Notes under the pieces: model-generated
The model's input: the letters and a program-made list of their open reading frames with translations, nothing else
Told to the model about the DNA's origin: nothing
Databases searched by the model: none
In this document: one piece after another, positions 9,478 to 17,928 of the stretch
Position numbering within the stretch: position 1 is the stretch's first letter
Layout of the letters: every line of letters begins with the position of its first letter
Program-made: the position numbers and the translations under genes
From: a virus
Lineage: Duplodnaviria; Heunggongvirae; Uroviricota; Caudoviricetes
Virus record (IMG/VR): IMGVR_UViG_2585427766_000001
Length of the DNA: 34,738 nucleotides
Reading direction: 5' to 3' (one strand)

Positions 9478-9521
9478 TTATGCGATATCGTATTTATATG
9501 CGTTATGGGATTTTGTGTTAA
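9478..9521 (-). promoter_or_regulatory. Candidate leftward early promoter (PL-like) overlapped by operator-like repeats
   Basis: On the minus strand: TTAACA (-35, plus 9516-9521), 17-nt spacer, TATAAA (-10, plus 9493-9498). Two copies of TATGCG(A/T)TAT(C/G)G overlap it (TTATGCGATATCG ~9478; ATATGCGTTATGG ~9496); a third (TTATGCGTTATCG) lies in the cI-cro intergenic region. Confidence 0.45.
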
Positions 9522-9540
9522 TACTAAAATGAATTATTTT

Positions 9541-9575
9541 GCAAATAAGAAAACCGCCCTTGTGGAGAGCGGTTT
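9541..9575 (-). terminator. Intrinsic terminator of the repressor gene
   Basis: On the minus strand: AAACCGC-(11-nt loop)-GCGGTTT followed by TCTTATTTGC; about 30 nt past the cI stop. Confidence 0.55.
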
Positions 9576-9605
9576 GATCAGAAGTAAGTTATCAGACTGT
9601 AAAGG

Positions 9606-10280
9606 TTAGTACATACGTAGCGCGGATTTGGCGATCCCCGCCACGTAATGGATTTTTTCAATGTTTTCGCGTGGTACTCTGACTGGTGGATGATCTTCAT
9701 TTACAGACATTAGATGGAACAGGCCATCGCGTTCGAACAAGAAGGTTTTAACCATGACCTCACCTTCCCGGGTAACCACAAGTACTTCATCACCAGGAGT
9801 GTAGTCGTGGTTGGGTTCGACGATTACGAACTCCCCCTCTTTGATTCTAGGCATCATTGAATCACCAACACATTTCAGGGCGTATGCATCTTCATCCTTT
9901 GTCGGCCAGTATATGAAACCATCACTGCTACCTACTGAATATTGGGTGTCGCTCCAAAGTCCTCCAACGCCTAGCTGAGTGTTTCCCAAAACAGGTACTT
10001 TATTAAACCTAAGAGAAATATACGTTTTTATACCTGTCGCGTCCTCTTTCTCCATTTCTTGAAGGCTCCTTTCTGCCAAGTCTATTGGTGACACGTGGAA
10101 GTAGTCGGCGATCTGCTTTAACGTTGCGTATTTCGGATCTTTCACCTCTCCTGATACCAGCCTGTGTAGCGTTGGTTGGTTCAGCTGTAACCGACGTGCC
10201 AGCTCAGTTATCGAGCTTATCTTGGCTTTGTCCATCAGGTACTTGATGTTTTGAGAAAGGATATCGGTAGTATCAATCAT
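9606..10280 (-). CDS. cI: CI-like repressor (HTH_XRE + S24/LexA-type autopeptidase)
   Basis: N-terminal helix-turn-helix ISSITELARRLQLNQPTLHRLVSG; C-terminal S24 domain with catalytic Ser in CVGDSMMP and a downstream Lys (EVMVKTF). Divergent from a Cro-like gene. Confidence 0.85.
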   Translation of the reverse strand: MIDTTDILSQNIKYLMDKAKISSITELARRLQLNQPTLHRLVSGEVKDPKYATLKQIADYFHVSPIDLAERSLQEMEKEDATGIKTYISLRFNKVPVLGNTQLGVGGLWSDTQYSVGSSDGFIYWPTKDEDAYALKCVGDSMMPRIKEGEFVIVEPNHDYTPGDEVLVVTREGEVMVKTFLFERDGLFHLMSVNEDHPPVRVPRENIEKIHYVAGIAKSALRMY

Positions 10281-10421
10281 TTGGATTCATCCATGTTGTA
10301 TACAGGGACGGTGATTATGCGTTATCGGATATTTTAATCTAGGATGACATAGAATTGCTGTATTGCTGAGTAATCCGTTTTCGTATAAATTTGCGCTATA
10401 GACGAAAGTGGAAACTTAAAT
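10281..10421. promoter_or_regulatory. Divergent cI/cro promoter-operator region
   Basis: Rightward TTGCTG (10363-10368), 15-16 nt spacer, TATAAAT (10384-10390) ahead of cro. Leftward TATACA about 18 nt from the cI ATG (short leader). Operator-like TTATGCGTTATCGG at 10314-10327; tandem ATTGCTG x2 at 10354-10368. Confidence 0.55.
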
Positions 10422-10622
10422 ATGTCCGGACTAACACCACAAGAGATGGTCAAAAGCTTGATTGATTCAGGGTATACCCAAAACCAAATTGCCGAAATTG
10501 CAGGCGTGAAGCAGTCTTCTATTAGTCGGCTTCTTACCGGGGTTCATTCTGACCCTCGCTTTTCTACAGTACGTGCGATAGAAAAACTTTTTCAGGAAGT
10601 GACAGCTAGACAAAAGGTGTAA
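10422..10622 (+). CDS. cro: Cro-like HTH regulator
   Basis: 66 aa with HTH YTQNQIAEIAGVKQSSISRLL; divergent from cI and first gene of the rightward operon. Confidence 0.75.
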   Translation: MSGLTPQEMVKSLIDSGYTQNQIAEIAGVKQSSISRLLTGVHSDPRFSTVRAIEKLFQEVTARQKV

Positions 10623-10625
10623 CCC

Positions 10626-12812
10626 ATGTCCGATAGCAAACCATGGGGAGCTACGCCTGATGAGTGGTTTCATTTCGACCTGGTATTGGGGCGGACTGCT
10701 CATCTTCTCCCAGTTGTATGTAACCCCAGTGCGACCATATCCCCTGATAGTAAATTGAAAGCGTTGGGTAAGACGCCGAGTCGCTATAACCGGGACCGCC
10801 AGGTCACAGGTATTGCTCAATGGACCGGGCATGTTGTTACTGAGCATGATTTTGCCCGCTGGTCGAATGAACCGGATTATGGCATCTGCGTGCGTACAGG
10901 CCATGGCTGGCTGGCGCTGGACTGCGATAGCGAAGATGAAGACATTCAGGCAGATATTCGCAAAACACTTGTGCAACTTCTGGGTGAGTCGCCGCCGCGA
11001 CGCTGGCGAGCAAACAGTAATAAGTGTCTGTATCTGCTGGCCGTTGATGGTGATTTCCGTAAGCGTATCCATCGCCTGGCGGGGGATATGGGCATTATCG
11101 AGTTGCTGGCGAACGGGCAGCAGTTCGTTGCCTGTGGTACGCACAGCAGCGGCGCGCGTATTGAATGGGACGGTGGTTTGCCGGATGAACCTCCGGCTAT
11201 TACAGGTGAGCAGCTTGAAACGCTGTGGCAGCGCCTGGCTGAACAACTCCCTGTGTCGGTAACCACCGAAGCGGGCAACACGAAGATGCGCGACCGTTCA
11301 GCATTCACGCCCGGCGCGACGGATGATACAGCTGAATATCTTGATGCCAATGGCTGGACGCTGCTGGATGGCGCAAACGGTGAACGATATATCCGCTGTC
11401 CGTTTGAAGACGGCCACAGTAGCGGAGGCGATCCAACAAGCACAGTTTATTTTCCTGCGGGAACCGCAGGCTTTGAGCAGGGGCATTTTAAATGCCTGCA
11501 TGCCAGTTGCGCGCATCGTGATGACGGAGATTTCCTGAATGCCATCGGGATCCGCAACGACGATTTCGAAGATCTGACCAGCATCGAAGTGGCGGAACCT
11601 TTACCGCTGCCTGCTTTCGAGCGTGATAAATGGGGGCGTATCGAGGCAACCATCAGCAATGCAGCCAAAGCAGTAGTACGCTCTGATTTTGTGGACATCG
11701 ATATTCGCTTTGACCAGTTCCGCGACGAAATCATGTTTGCCCCGGCAGGATCCGGACAATGGCGGGCATTCACCGATGCGGATTATGCGCGCCTGCGCAT
11801 CACGATGGAAAAGCGGGGATTTAAACCTGTTGGCCGTGAACTTATTCGCGATGTGGTGTTACTTGCAGCCGATGAACAACCATTCGATTCAGCGATCACC
11901 TGGCTGAACGGACTGGAGTGGGATGGCGTGCCGCGCATCGAATGTTTCTACCATACGCACTTCGGTACCGCCGACACGCCTTATACCCGTGCGGTGTCTA
12001 TGTACATGTGGACCGCGTTGGCGGGGCGAGTACTGGAGCCAGGCATCAAAGCGGATATGGTGCCGATCCTCGTTGGTCCGCAGGGCTGCGGTAAGTCTTC
12101 CGGAGTGGAGGCACTGAGCCCTGATCCTGCGTTTTTTACTGAAATCTCTTTTGCCGAAAAAGACGATGATCTCGCTCGAAAAATGCGTGGTCGGCTGGTG
12201 GCAGAGATTGGTGAACTGCGCGGGCTTAATACCAAAGAGCTGGAGTCAATCAAAGCGTTTGTGACGCGTACTCACGAAAACTGGATCCCGAAATACCGGG
12301 AGTTCGCCACCCAGTTTCCTCGTCGCCTGGTGTTCGTTGGTACCACTAATGAGGACGAATTCCTTGCGGACAAGACTGGTAACCGTCGCTGGCTCCCCGT
12401 GGAAGTGTCGAAAGTCGACGTGAAAGCGATAAAAAGAGATCTCCTTTTACTTTGGGCTGAGGCTCGTGAGGTGTTTCAGCGTCTGGGGGGTATCCAGTTC
12501 CGTGAGGCTGAACAACTGGCAGCGAGTGTCCATGAACAGTACACCATCAAGGATGCTTGGCTTGAAACGGTAGAGAAATGGCTCGACACGCCCGACCTGA
12601 TGACTAATGAACTTCCGCGAAATTGCGAATTTTTACGCGCAAGTGATGTTTTGCGTGATGCGATTGGGCTAAATCCTGACCGCATCGGAAAACGCGAAGA
12701 AATGCGAATTAGTAATGTTTTGCAAAATTGCGGGTATAAGCGTGCCCAAAGGCGAATTGGGGGGAAAAAATGCAAGGTTTGGGAACCGCTGGAACCACGC
12801 GGAACCACCTAG
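10626..12812 (+). CDS. Replication primase/helicase fusion (prim-pol N-terminus, zinc finger, VirE/D5-like P-loop NTPase)
   Basis: 728 aa. Catalytic acidic cluster GWLALDCDSEDED; Cys/His zinc-binding CPFEDGHSSGG...HFKCLHASCAH; Walker A ILVGPQGCGKSS; Walker B-like RRLVFVGTTNEDE. Confidence 0.8.
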   Translation: MSDSKPWGATPDEWFHFDLVLGRTAHLLPVVCNPSATISPDSKLKALGKTPSRYNRDRQVTGIAQWTGHVVTEHDFARWSNEPDYGICVRTGHGWLALDCDSEDEDIQADIRKTLVQLLGESPPRRWRANSNKCLYLLAVDGDFRKRIHRLAGDMGIIELLANGQQFVACGTHSSGARIEWDGGLPDEPPAITGEQLETLWQRLAEQLPVSVTTEAGNTKMRDRSAFTPGATDDTAEYLDANGWTLLDGANGERYIRCPFEDGHSSGGDPTSTVYFPAGTAGFEQGHFKCLHASCAHRDDGDFLNAIGIRNDDFEDLTSIEVAEPLPLPAFERDKWGRIEATISNAAKAVVRSDFVDIDIRFDQFRDEIMFAPAGSGQWRAFTDADYARLRITMEKRGFKPVGRELIRDVVLLAADEQPFDSAITWLNGLEWDGVPRIECFYHTHFGTADTPYTRAVSMYMWTALAGRVLEPGIKADMVPILVGPQGCGKSSGVEALSPDPAFFTEISFAEKDDDLARKMRGRLVAEIGELRGLNTKELESIKAFVTRTHENWIPKYREFATQFPRRLVFVGTTNEDEFLADKTGNRRWLPVEVSKVDVKAIKRDLLLLWAEAREVFQRLGGIQFREAEQLAASVHEQYTIKDAWLETVEKWLDTPDLMTNELPRNCEFLRASDVLRDAIGLNPDRIGKREEMRISNVLQNCGYKRAQRRIGGKKCKVWEPLEPRGTT

Positions 12813-12970
12813 AAGAGAAGGTGGTTCCACCTTGCAGACCTTGTGGCAAGCGGGGCGGAACTACTGGAACCACTGGAACCGCCTTTCTACTAGAAACCCC
12901 ATATATATATAAGTCGATTGAGGGAAAGGTTAGGAAAAGGTGGTTCCAGGTGGGGGCAGGTGGTTCCACT
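12780..12970. repeat. Putative replication origin: iteron array (GGAACCAC unit) flanking an AT-rich element
   Basis: Direct GGAACC(A/G)C copies at ~12782, 12791, 12801 and ~12857, 12866, 12875 with 9-10 bp phasing; inverted GGTGGTTCC copies at ~12820, 12939, 12960; (AT)n run ATATATATATAAG at ~12901-12913. The array starts inside the last codons of the primase/helicase gene. Confidence 0.65.
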
Positions 12971-13098
12971 CCGAATTAGCAACTTTTTGCATGTTGATAC
13001 ATGCAATATGCGGATCGGAACTGCGTTATCCACACCCACGGATAAACAGACGTAGTTCTCAGAAAAATTTTTCGTAGCAAAACGTAGAGGTCAGAGCT

Positions 13099-13521
13099 AT
13101 GCGTAATATTCAACAGGTTTTAGAGCGCTGGGGTGGCTGGGCAGCGAGTGAAGGTGGTAGCGTCTACTTTCCTCCTGTTGCAGCCGGGTTTAAGAATCTG
13201 CTACCCGCGACGCAGTCTGGAAGGCTGAAATGCAGTGACAATGACGGTCTTATCATCAACTCCGCTATGAGCTGCCTGAAGAAAAAAGATCCGTATCTGT
13301 GCACGCTCCTTGAGTGGCATTACGTCCAGGCCATGCCCGTGCGGGCGATGGGTGAGAAGCTCGGCGTATCTCACACCCACGTTCTGAAGAGGCTTCAGGC
13401 GGCAGAGGGATTTATTGACGGTTGCTTAGCCATGCTGGATGTGGTGCTCGAAATGGATCAGTCGGTTCAGTCAAAGCCTCAGGCTATCAGGACTTTGCGT
13501 AGGAGCTGCTCGGCGGCATAA
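13099..13521 (+). CDS. Late-gene antiterminator, Q-like (Phage_antitermQ family, from recollection)
   Basis: 140 aa. MRNIQQVLERWGGWAA...AAGFKNLLP...LQAAEGFIDGCLAMLDVVLEMD resembles the short Q-family antiterminators of enterobacterial prophages; position upstream of a terminator and the lysis cassette fits. Confidence 0.6.
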   Translation: MRNIQQVLERWGGWAASEGGSVYFPPVAAGFKNLLPATQSGRLKCSDNDGLIINSAMSCLKKKDPYLCTLLEWHYVQAMPVRAMGEKLGVSHTHVLKRLQAAEGFIDGCLAMLDVVLEMDQSVQSKPQAIRTLRRSCSAA

Positions 13522-13552
13522 TATCCAGCAATCAATCACGTAAGGGAACCAG

Positions 13553-13894
13553 ATGGCTCTGATCAGCGTTCGCAACAGATTTGAAAGCTTCATGGAACAG
13601 AGGTACCCAGACCTGTCGTTGCAGGTCAAAGGTAATATTGGCGCATCAATGAAGGCTCAACTTGGCATCAGGATTGAACGAGAATTGTACAGTGAAGATG
13701 TTACTTACTGTGATTCAGCAGTTCAGTTGATGTGGACACTCTTTCAGGCAGGTGTTCTGGCCGAACGAAGAGCTACCAGCGTTACGCTTCCTGCGCTGAA
13801 GGCAAAGCCGGATAGCTTCTACGATGCGGGTTATAACGAAGGTATTCAGGACTGTCGTAAACATCTGACGGCATCAGGCATCAAGGTAAGATAA
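13553..13894 (+). CDS. Hypothetical protein between Q-like gene and lysis cassette
   Basis: 113-aa ORF; no motif I can name. Confidence 0.45.
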   Translation: MALISVRNRFESFMEQRYPDLSLQVKGNIGASMKAQLGIRIERELYSEDVTYCDSAVQLMWTLFQAGVLAERRATSVTLPALKAKPDSFYDAGYNEGIQDCRKHLTASGIKVR

Positions 13895-14215
13895 AAAATA
13901 GTTGTGGAATTCCAAAAAGCCGATTAGCCTGATATCTGTTGAAAACAGTTCATCACGAAGAGGCTTCCGCAAGGGGGCCTTTTTTATTGCCCCATTCTGG
14001 GGAAAAGTTAATAAAACAGGGCTTTCGCTGCGAAAAAACGCTATGCAGTTTTTGCCCTTTTTTATGCACCTTTTATTCACTCGAATTTCGTCATTCTGGA
14101 CCACTTAAGTTGATTAAATAGGCCTTTCATCGCAAATCTATTGCGAGCGGGGATCGTGTGGTTCCTATAACGTACATTATGTTAAATAACTTCCTTTTTT
14201 AACAAATTTAACAAG

Positions 14216-14238
14216 GTTCGCTATGGCGAACTTTTTTT
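14216..14238 (+). terminator. Intrinsic terminator (tR'-like) upstream of the lysis genes
   Basis: GGTTCGC-TATG-GCGAAC followed by TTTTTTT; sits between the Q-like gene and the holin. Confidence 0.7.
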
Positions 14239-14339
14239 GTATTCAGGGCCCACCGAAGGACGGCTCATAACCCAATCCTACGGGCGTATACGCAGGGCCC
14301 GCCTTTCAACAACACCCCGTAATGGCGGAGGTGGGAAGT

Positions 14340-14681
14340 ATGAAAATGCACAATGCTCCTCATTCCTGGCCTGACTTACTGGAACTCTTACAAAGTTGGT
14401 GGCGTGGAGATACGCCGTTGGGCGCAGTGGTTATGTCAATTGTTATGGCTGGCTTGCGCATTGCCTATTTTGGCGGTGGCGGCGGCTGGAAACGAAAAAC
14501 GCTTGAGATTTTGCTCTGTGGTGCTCTGACGCTGACCTTTGCATCCGCTCTTGAGTATGTTGGATGGCCTAAATCTCTTTCTGTTGCCATTGGTGGTGGT
14601 GTTGGGCTGATCGGTGTCGATGCTATTCGTGGGGCTGCAATGCGAGTAATCGGTAACAAGTTTGGTGGCTCTAAGGAGTAA
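14340..14681 (+). CDS. S: Class I holin with lambda S-like Met-Lys-Met dual start
   Basis: GGAGG lies about 9 nt upstream of ATG 14340; the product begins MKM (ATG AAA ATG). Three hydrophobic segments and a charged C-terminus. The track ORF starts further up at 14322. Confidence 0.75.
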   Translation: MKMHNAPHSWPDLLELLQSWWRGDTPLGAVVMSIVMAGLRIAYFGGGGGWKRKTLEILLCGALTLTFASALEYVGWPKSLSVAIGGGVGLIGVDAIRGAAMRVIGNKFGGSKE

Positions 14682-14684
14682 TTC

Positions 14685-15161
14685 ATGCAGACACTAAATT
14701 CCCAACGCAAAGCTTTCCTGGATATGGTGGCATGGTCAGAAGGAACGGATAACGGGCGACAACCGACACGTAATCACGGTTATGACGTTATCGTCGGAGG
14801 TGAGTTGTTCACTGATTACTCCGATCACCCTCGCAAACTTGTCACGCTAAACCCGAAGCTTAAATCAACAGCCGCAGGCCGGTATCAGCTTCTTTCACGC
14901 TGGTGGGATGCCTACCGCAAGCAGCTTGGCCTGAAAGATTTTTCGCCAGAAAGTCAGGACGCTGTGGCGCTGCAGCAGATTAAAGAGCGTGGCGCTTTAC
15001 CGATGATTGACCGTGGCGATATTCGTCAGGCAATCGACCGTTGCAGCAATATCTGGGCGTCGTTACCTGGTGCAGGTTACGGTCAGTATGAACATAAAAT
15101 CGGTGACCTGATTTCCAGGTTTAAAGATGCTGGTGGGGTGGTAAATGAAGCTGACTTATAA
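14685..15161 (+). CDS. R: Endolysin, lambda R-type lytic transglycosylase
   Basis: 158 aa, near-identical over most of its length to lambda R as I recall it (QRKAFLDMVAWSEGTDNGRQ..RNHGYDVIVGGELFTDYSDHPRKLVTLNPKLKST..GRYQLLSRWWDAYRKQLGLKDFSP); catalytic Glu within AWSEGTD. Confidence 0.85.
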   Translation: MQTLNSQRKAFLDMVAWSEGTDNGRQPTRNHGYDVIVGGELFTDYSDHPRKLVTLNPKLKSTAAGRYQLLSRWWDAYRKQLGLKDFSPESQDAVALQQIKERGALPMIDRGDIRQAIDRCSNIWASLPGAGYGQYEHKIGDLISRFKDAGGVVNEADL

Positions 15162-15669
15162 GATTGTCATCGCGGCATTTTTCTTCTCTGCCTTTGGGGC
15201 GCTCGTCTGGTCTGCAAACCATTACCACAGCAAGTATCAGGCAGAAAAGTTGCGGGCTGATAAAGCGGAAGGTGAAGCTGAATATCAAGGGAAAGTGATA
15301 GCTAATCAGGCATTAAACTTCAATCGTTTTAACCAGATAGCAGAAAACGCAAGCCGATTAAATTCTCTGGTCGACATCGGTCACGAGAAGACAGTCATCA
15401 AATACCGTGAGGTTCTGCTCCGTGAAAAGAACTGTGATTTCCCTGTTCCTGTTGATATTGCTGTCGGGTTGCTCAACTACGCGAACCGTTTACGCGCCAG
15501 CGCATTGCACGCCGATTCCGGGGACATTGACTCAGCCGGTGATCGTGCCACTACCACCAGAACGTTGACATATTGCCAGGCTGTTCTGTGGATTAACCCA
15601 CTGTTGGCAGCCATCGAGAAGGCGAATAACCAATTGGCTGGTGTCCGACAAATAGAACAGTCCCGGTAA
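15145..15669 (+). CDS. Rz: Rz-like inner-membrane spanin (i-spanin)
   Basis: 174 aa with N-terminal transmembrane helix IVIAAFFFSAFGALVW followed by WSANHYH (compare lambda Rz AVNHY); start overlaps the endolysin stop. Confidence 0.75.
   Translation: MKLTYKIVIAAFFFSAFGALVWSANHYHSKYQAEKLRADKAEGEAEYQGKVIANQALNFNRFNQIAENASRLNSLVDIGHEKTVIKYREVLLREKNCDFPVPVDIAVGLLNYANRLRASALHADSGDIDSAGDRATTTRTLTYCQAVLWINPLLAAIEKANNQLAGVRQIEQSR
15422..15568 (+). CDS. Rz1: Rz1-like outer-membrane lipoprotein spanin, embedded in the +1 frame of Rz
   Basis: Hand translation, absent from the ORF track: GAGG about 9 nt upstream of GTG 15422, product MKRTVISLFLLILLSGCSTTRTVYAPAHCTPIPGTLTQPVIVPLPPER, stop TGA 15566-15568. 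Lipobox LLSGC; proline-rich mature part. Indexing verified against the Rz translation. Confidence 0.7.
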   Translation: MKRTVISLFLLILLSGCSTTRTVYAPAHCTPIPGTLTQPVIVPLPPER

Positions 15670-15730
15670 TAGCATTACAGAAGCTCTTCCAGGAGGGGCT
15701 TCGATAATGACCTGATAACTGGAAAATAAA

Positions 15731-16303
15731 ATGACTAAGAAGCTGAAAGCAAAACACGAGGTGTTTTGTCGCGAGTTTCTTGTCGATCTGAATGCTACAC
15801 AAGCAGCTATTCGCGCAGGCTACGTCTCCAGGCGAGCACATGTTACGGGGGCTGAACTATACGGTAAACCTGAGATACGCGCCCGTATTAACGAGCTAAA
15901 GCAGGAGCGTATTGATCAACTGGGCATTGATGCTAATTATGTGCTGATGCGACTGGTTGAGATCGACAGGCTCGATGTGGCTGACATCCTGGAGGACGAT
16001 TTAAGTATTAAGCCTCTGTCTGCGTGGCCGGAATCGTGGCGTCGGTACCTGAGTGGATTTAACCTCGCTGAAATGTTTGAGGGGCGAGGAGATGACAGAG
16101 AAATGGTCGGGATCCTTAAAAAGATTAAGTGGCCTGATAAGGTTAAAAACCTTGAGTTGCTTGGGCGTCATGTTTCTGTTCAGGCGTTTAAAGACAACGT
16201 CAAAAATGAAGTGACTGGCGCTGATGGAGGACCCGTCAGAACAGAAATTACCAACTTAACGCCGGAGCAGGCTGCAGAGGCGTATAGAAAAATGATGGGC
16301 TAA
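15731..16303 (+). CDS. Terminase small subunit (Terminase_2/P27-like)
   Basis: 190 aa; N-terminal [24 protein letters not shown]; immediately upstream of the large terminase. Confidence 0.7.
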   Translation: MTKKLKAKHEVFCREFLVDLNATQAAIRAGYVSRRAHVTGAELYGKPEIRARINELKQERIDQLGIDANYVLMRLVEIDRLDVADILEDDLSIKPLSAWPESWRRYLSGFNLAEMFEGRGDDREMVGILKKIKWPDKVKNLELLGRHVSVQAFKDNVKNEVTGADGGPVRTEITNLTPEQAAEAYRKMMG

Positions 16304-16305
16304 GT

Positions 16306-17928
16306 ATGCCGTTACCATTCCCCTTCGATTTTAAACATCCTGATTACCAGATGGTTTTTGAATGGCGGATGGAACGCCTACAGCGCATTCGCCAGAATCC
16401 TGAAATATTGCCCGTATTGAAGCAGTTTTACCGAACCAATCCGGCTCAGTTCATCATCGACTGGGGCATGACAACGGACCCGCGTAATATTGATTATGGC
16501 CTGCCGGTGACCATTCCGTTTTTACTCTTCCCTAAGCAGGAGGAGTGGATCCACTGGATTATGGAACGCTGGGGCAATCGGGAGAATGGTATTACCGAAA
16601 AATCCCGTGAAATGGGGCTCAGTTGGACCGCGATCGGACTGGCCTGCTCGCTTTGTCTCTTCAACAAAGAAATGGTTATCGGTTTCGGCTCCCGTAAAGA
16701 GGAATACGTCGACAGCACCGGTGACCCGAAAGCATTGTTCTGGAAGGCACGCAAGTTCGTGGAAACGCTACCTGTAGAGTTTCGCGGTTCGTGGAGCGAG
16801 AAGAAGCACGCGCCATATATGCGTGTTGAGTTTCCTGAAACTGGTGCCGTTATCAAAGGCGAGGCTGGCGATAATATTGGTCGTGGTGACCGTACCACGC
16901 TTTATCTGGTTGATGAGGCTGCATTCCTTCAGCGTCCTCTGCTGATTGATGCGGCGTTGTCACAAACGACGCGTTGCCGTATCGACCTGAGTTCAGTTAA
17001 CGGCATGGCTAACCCGTTCGCTCAGAAGCGTCATGGCGGGAAGATACCGGTATTCACATTCCACTGGCGGGATGATCCTCGCAAGGATGAAGAGTGGTAT
17101 CGCAGGGAATGCGAGAAAATCGATAATCCGGTGGTGGTGGCACAGGAACTTGATCTGAACTACAGCGCATCAGCGGAAGGTGTTCTGATTCCATCCGAAT
17201 GGGTACAGGCTGCCGTTGATGCGCATATCAAACTGGGTATCCAGCCAACAGGCAAACGACTTGGCGCGATGGATGTCGCCGACGAAGGCAGGGACAAAAA
17301 TGCCTTTTCCACCCGTCATGGCTTCCTCCTGGAAAATGTGCGGGAATGGTCCGGTGTGGGCAGCGACATTTATCAGTCCGTCGAGAAGGTTTTCGGCTTT
17401 TGCGAACAGGACAACCTCGAAGAGTTTCGCTTTGACGAGGACGGGCTGGGCGCTGGCGTTCGCGGCGATGCACGCGCTATCAACGAACTGCGTAACGCTG
17501 CGCGTCGACCGTCAATACTTGCCACACCGTTTCGAGGTAGTGGCGCGGTATTTGATCCGGATGATGAAGCTGTTCGCGGGGACAACGGGCAAGCCGCACG
17601 TCTGAACAAGGACTTCTTCGCTAACGCCAAAGCCCAGAGCTGGTGGCGGTTACGTAAACTTTTTCAGAATACCTGGCGCGCCGTGGTTGAAGGTATGGCT
17701 TACAACCCGGACGAAATCATCTCAATCAGCAGTAGCATGGCACTCAAAGATAAACTCATCATCGAGCTTTCGCAGCCGACCTATTCCATTAATGGTGTGG
17801 GAAAAATCGTTATTGATAAACAGCCTGATGGAACCCGATCGCCAAACCTTGCCGACTCGGTGATGATCAACTATGCCCCAATGAATTCAGCCCTGAACAT
17901 CTGGGAGCTGCTAGGGAGACAGGCCTGA
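16306..17928 (+). CDS. Terminase large subunit
   Basis: 540 aa; ATPase Walker B-like [11 protein letters not shown]; C-terminal nuclease region; followed by the portal gene. Confidence 0.75.
   Translation: MPLPFPFDFKHPDYQMVFEWRMERLQRIRQNPEILPVLKQFYRTNPAQFIIDWGMTTDPRNIDYGLPVTIPFLLFPKQEEWIHWIMERWGNRENGITEKSREMGLSWTAIGLACSLCLFNKEMVIGFGSRKEEYVDSTGDPKALFWKARKFVETLPVEFRGSWSEKKHAPYMRVEFPETGAVIKGEAGDNIGRGDRTTLYLVDEAAFLQRPLLIDAALSQTTRCRIDLSSVNGMANPFAQKRHGGKIPVFTFHWRDDPRKDEEWYRRECEKIDNPVVVAQELDLNYSASAEGVLIPSEWVQAAVDAHIKLGIQPTGKRLGAMDVADEGRDKNAFSTRHGFLLENVREWSGVGSDIYQSVEKVFGFCEQDNLEEFRFDEDGLGAGVRGDARAINELRNAARRPSILATPFRGSGAVFDPDDEAVRGDNGQAARLNKDFFANAKAQSWWRLRKLFQNTWRAVVEGMAYNPDEIISISSSMALKDKLIIELSQPTYSINGVGKIVIDKQPDGTRSPNLADSVMINYAPMNSALNIWELLGRQA

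Noticed and set aside
9324-9521. 65-aa plus-strand ORF in the cI-distal intergenic region
   Set aside because: It spans the repeat-rich leader and the operator/promoter motifs, has no ribosome-binding site I could see and is Cys/Arg/Leu-rich like random sequence. The region is better explained as regulatory.
9190-9605. tRNA or integration site in the structured intergenic region
   Set aside because: I could not fold a cloverleaf with acceptor, anticodon and T arms from the sequence, and no integrase is nearby; phage attachment sites normally sit beside the integrase, which is outside this window.
10467-12253. Long antisense and alternative-frame ORFs within the primase/helicase gene
   Set aside because: Nested in a 728-aa ORF with prim-pol, zinc-finger and Walker motifs; typical high-GC open frames.
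12780-12970. Possible CRISPR array suggested by short repeated units
   Set aside because: Units are only about 8 bp, occur in both orientations with 9-10 bp phasing and have no regular 30-40 bp spacers; the pattern is that of origin iterons.
13874-14121. Three small track ORFs in the Q-to-holin intergenic region
   Set aside because: They overlap each other and the terminator hairpin and lack ribosome-binding sites; the region is better read as late promoter and terminator.
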